A stretch of 64,000 nucleotides of DNA from Bispira polyomma. Lineage: Eukaryota. The stretch covers positions 57,908,001 to 57,972,000 of the forward strand of contig OZ287753.1 in assembly GCA_965649765.1 (NCBI GenBank). Direction: 5' to 3'. The translations under genes were made by a program, and so were the position numbers. The notes beneath the pieces are model-generated. The model saw only the letters and a program-made list of their open reading frames with translations, was not told the DNA's origin and ran no database searches. This document shows positions 61,937 through 64,000 of this stretch, one piece after another. Every line of letters begins with the position of its first letter. Within the stretch, counting starts at the first letter, position 1.

Positions 61937-64000
61937 ATGGAAGCCACTAACGCCAACCCAACAACCGTGTAGGCCAACCAGATGAGCACCTCCCAGCAGC
62001 AGCAGTGTTAGCAGGGACCACCACAGCAGTATCAGCAGGGACCAGCACAACCACAGCAGTACCAGCAGGGACCACCACAGCAATATCAGAAGGGACCACC
62101 ACAACCACAGCAGTTTCAGCAGGGACCACCACAACCACAACAATATCAGAAGGGACCACCACAACCACAACAGTTTCAGCAGGGACCACCACAACCACAG
62201 CAGTATCAGCCGGGACCACCACAACCACAGCAATATCAAAAGGGACCAAAAACCACAGCAATATCAGAAGGGACCATCACAACCACAGCAGCATCAGAAA
62301 GGACCACCACAACCACAGCAATATCAGAAGGGACCACCACAACCACAACAATATCAGACGGGACCACCACAACCACAGCAATATCAGAAGGGACCACCAC
62401 AACCACAGCAATATCAGACGGGACCACCACAACCACAGCAATATCAGAAGGGACCACCACAACCACAGCAGTACCAGCAGGGACCACCACAACCACAGCA
62501 ATATCAGCAGGGATCACCACAGCAGTATCAGAAGGGACCGCCACAACCACAGCAATATCAGCAGGGACCACCACAGCCACAGCAATATCAGAAGGAACCA
62601 CCACAACCACAGCAGTATCAGCAGGGACCACCACAACCACAGCAGTATCAGAAGGGACCACCACAACCACAGCAGTATCAGAATGGACCACCACAGCAGT
62701 ATCAGAAGGGACCACCACAACCACAGCAGTATCAGAAGGGACCATCACAGCCACAGCAGTATCAGAAGGGACCACCACAGCCACAGCAGTATCAGAAGAG
62801 ACCACAACAACCACAGCAATTTCAGCAGGGACCACCACAACCACAGCAATATCAGAAGGGACCACCACAACCACAACAATATCAAAAGGGACCACCACAA
62901 CCACAGCAGTATCAGAAGGGACCACCACAGCAATATCAGAAGGGACCACCACAGCAGTATCAGAAGGGACCACCACAACCACAGCAGTATCAGCAGGGAC
63001 CACCACAGCAATATCAGAAGGGACCATCACAGCCACAGCAGTATCAGCAGGGACCACCACAGCAATATGAGCAGGGACCACCACAACCACAGCAGTATCA
63101 GAAGGGACCACCACAACAATATCAGAAGGGACCATCACAACCACAGCAGCATCAGAAGGGACCACCATAGCCACAGCAGTATCAGAAGGGACCACCACAA
63201 CCACAGCAATATCAGCAGGGACCACCACAACCACAGCAATATCAGCAGGGACCACCACAACCACAGCAATATCAGAAGGGACCACCACAACCACAGCAGT
63301 ATCAGTAGGGACCACCACAGCCACAGCAGTATCAGCAGGGACCACCACAACCACAGCAATATCAGAAGGGACCACCACAGCAATATCAGAAGGGACCACC
63401 ACAACCACAGCAGTATCAGCAGGGACCACCACAGCAATATCAGAAGGGACCACCACAACCACAGCAATATCAGAAGGAACCATCACAACCACAGCAGTAT
63501 CAGAAGGGACCACCACAACCACAGCAATATCAGAAGGGACCATCACAACCACAGCAATATCAAAAGGGACCACCACAACCACAGCAGTATCAGAAGGGAA
63601 CACCACAGCAATATCAGAAGGGACCACCACAGCAGTATCAGAAGGGACCACCACAACCACAGCAGTATCAGCAGGGACCACCACAGCAATATCAGAAGGG
63701 ACCATCACAGTCACAGCAGTATCAGCAGGGACCACCACATCAATATCAGCAGGGACCACCACAACCACAGCAGTATCAGCAGGGACCACCACAACCACAG
63801 CAGTATCAGAAGGGACCACCACAACCAAGCAGTATCAAAAGGGACCACCACAACCACAGCAGTATCAGCAGGGACCACCACAGCAATATCAGAAGGGACC
63901 ACCACAACCACAGCGGTATCAGCAGGGACCACCACAGCCACAGCAGTATCAAAAGGGACCACCACAGCAGTATCAGCAGGGACCACCACAACCACAGCAA
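61937..64000 (+). pseudogene. Possible disrupted Gln/Pro-rich repeat ORF (MEATNANPTTV*ANQMSTSQQQQC*QGPPQQYQQGP...)
   Basis: ATG at 61937 in frame with GPPQPQQYQ(Q/K); common unit variants are synonymous in this frame; stops are TAG in CAG positions. Confidence 0.4.
61998..64000 (+). repeat. 24/30-bp minisatellite (accaccac[aaccac]agca(a/g)tatcag(a/c)aggg), continues past the window end
   Basis: Roughly 70 tandem units; accounts for all the V/P- and W/L-rich minus-strand ORFs. Confidence 0.98.

Noticed and set aside
61934-64000. Long minus-strand ORFs (VVVVPSD.., LLWLWWS..)
   Set aside because: By-products of a stop-poor tandem repeat; no unique sequence or domain

Overview
AT-rich animal genomic DNA (invertebrate-like repeat content) with one 186-N assembly gap and no host protein-coding gene I can support. 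It is built from two old local segmental duplications (about 6545-10180 vs 12050-25620, and about 37440-52040 vs 53440-61900) filled with transposons: L1/Tx1-, L2- and RTE-X-like LINE fragments, tRNA-derived SINEs and MITEs. It ends in a 24/30-bp GPPQPQQYQ-type repeat array. The main features are two full-length but mutually divergent tyrosine-recombinase (YR) retrotransposons with split direct repeats (Ngaro/PAT-type, A1-ORFs-B1-A2-spacer-B2), at 12430-19138 (decayed) and 40909-47605 (nearly intact). Comparing them shows signals conserved in both: (i) gag and pol in one frame separated only by AGT-TAG-GA, suggesting stop-codon readthrough; (ii) an in-frame splice from a CAAG|GTAAGG donor in gag to an acceptor right after the RT stop, giving a Gag(N)-YR fusion; (iii) an unrecognised ~130-aa domain between Gag and RT; (iv) a covarying two-stem hairpin across the B1/A2 junction, with TT^AC target sites and no TSD; (v) a covarying structured RNA/ssDNA element in the A2-B2 spacer. 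All alignments and folds were done by eye; boundaries of old repeats are approximate.
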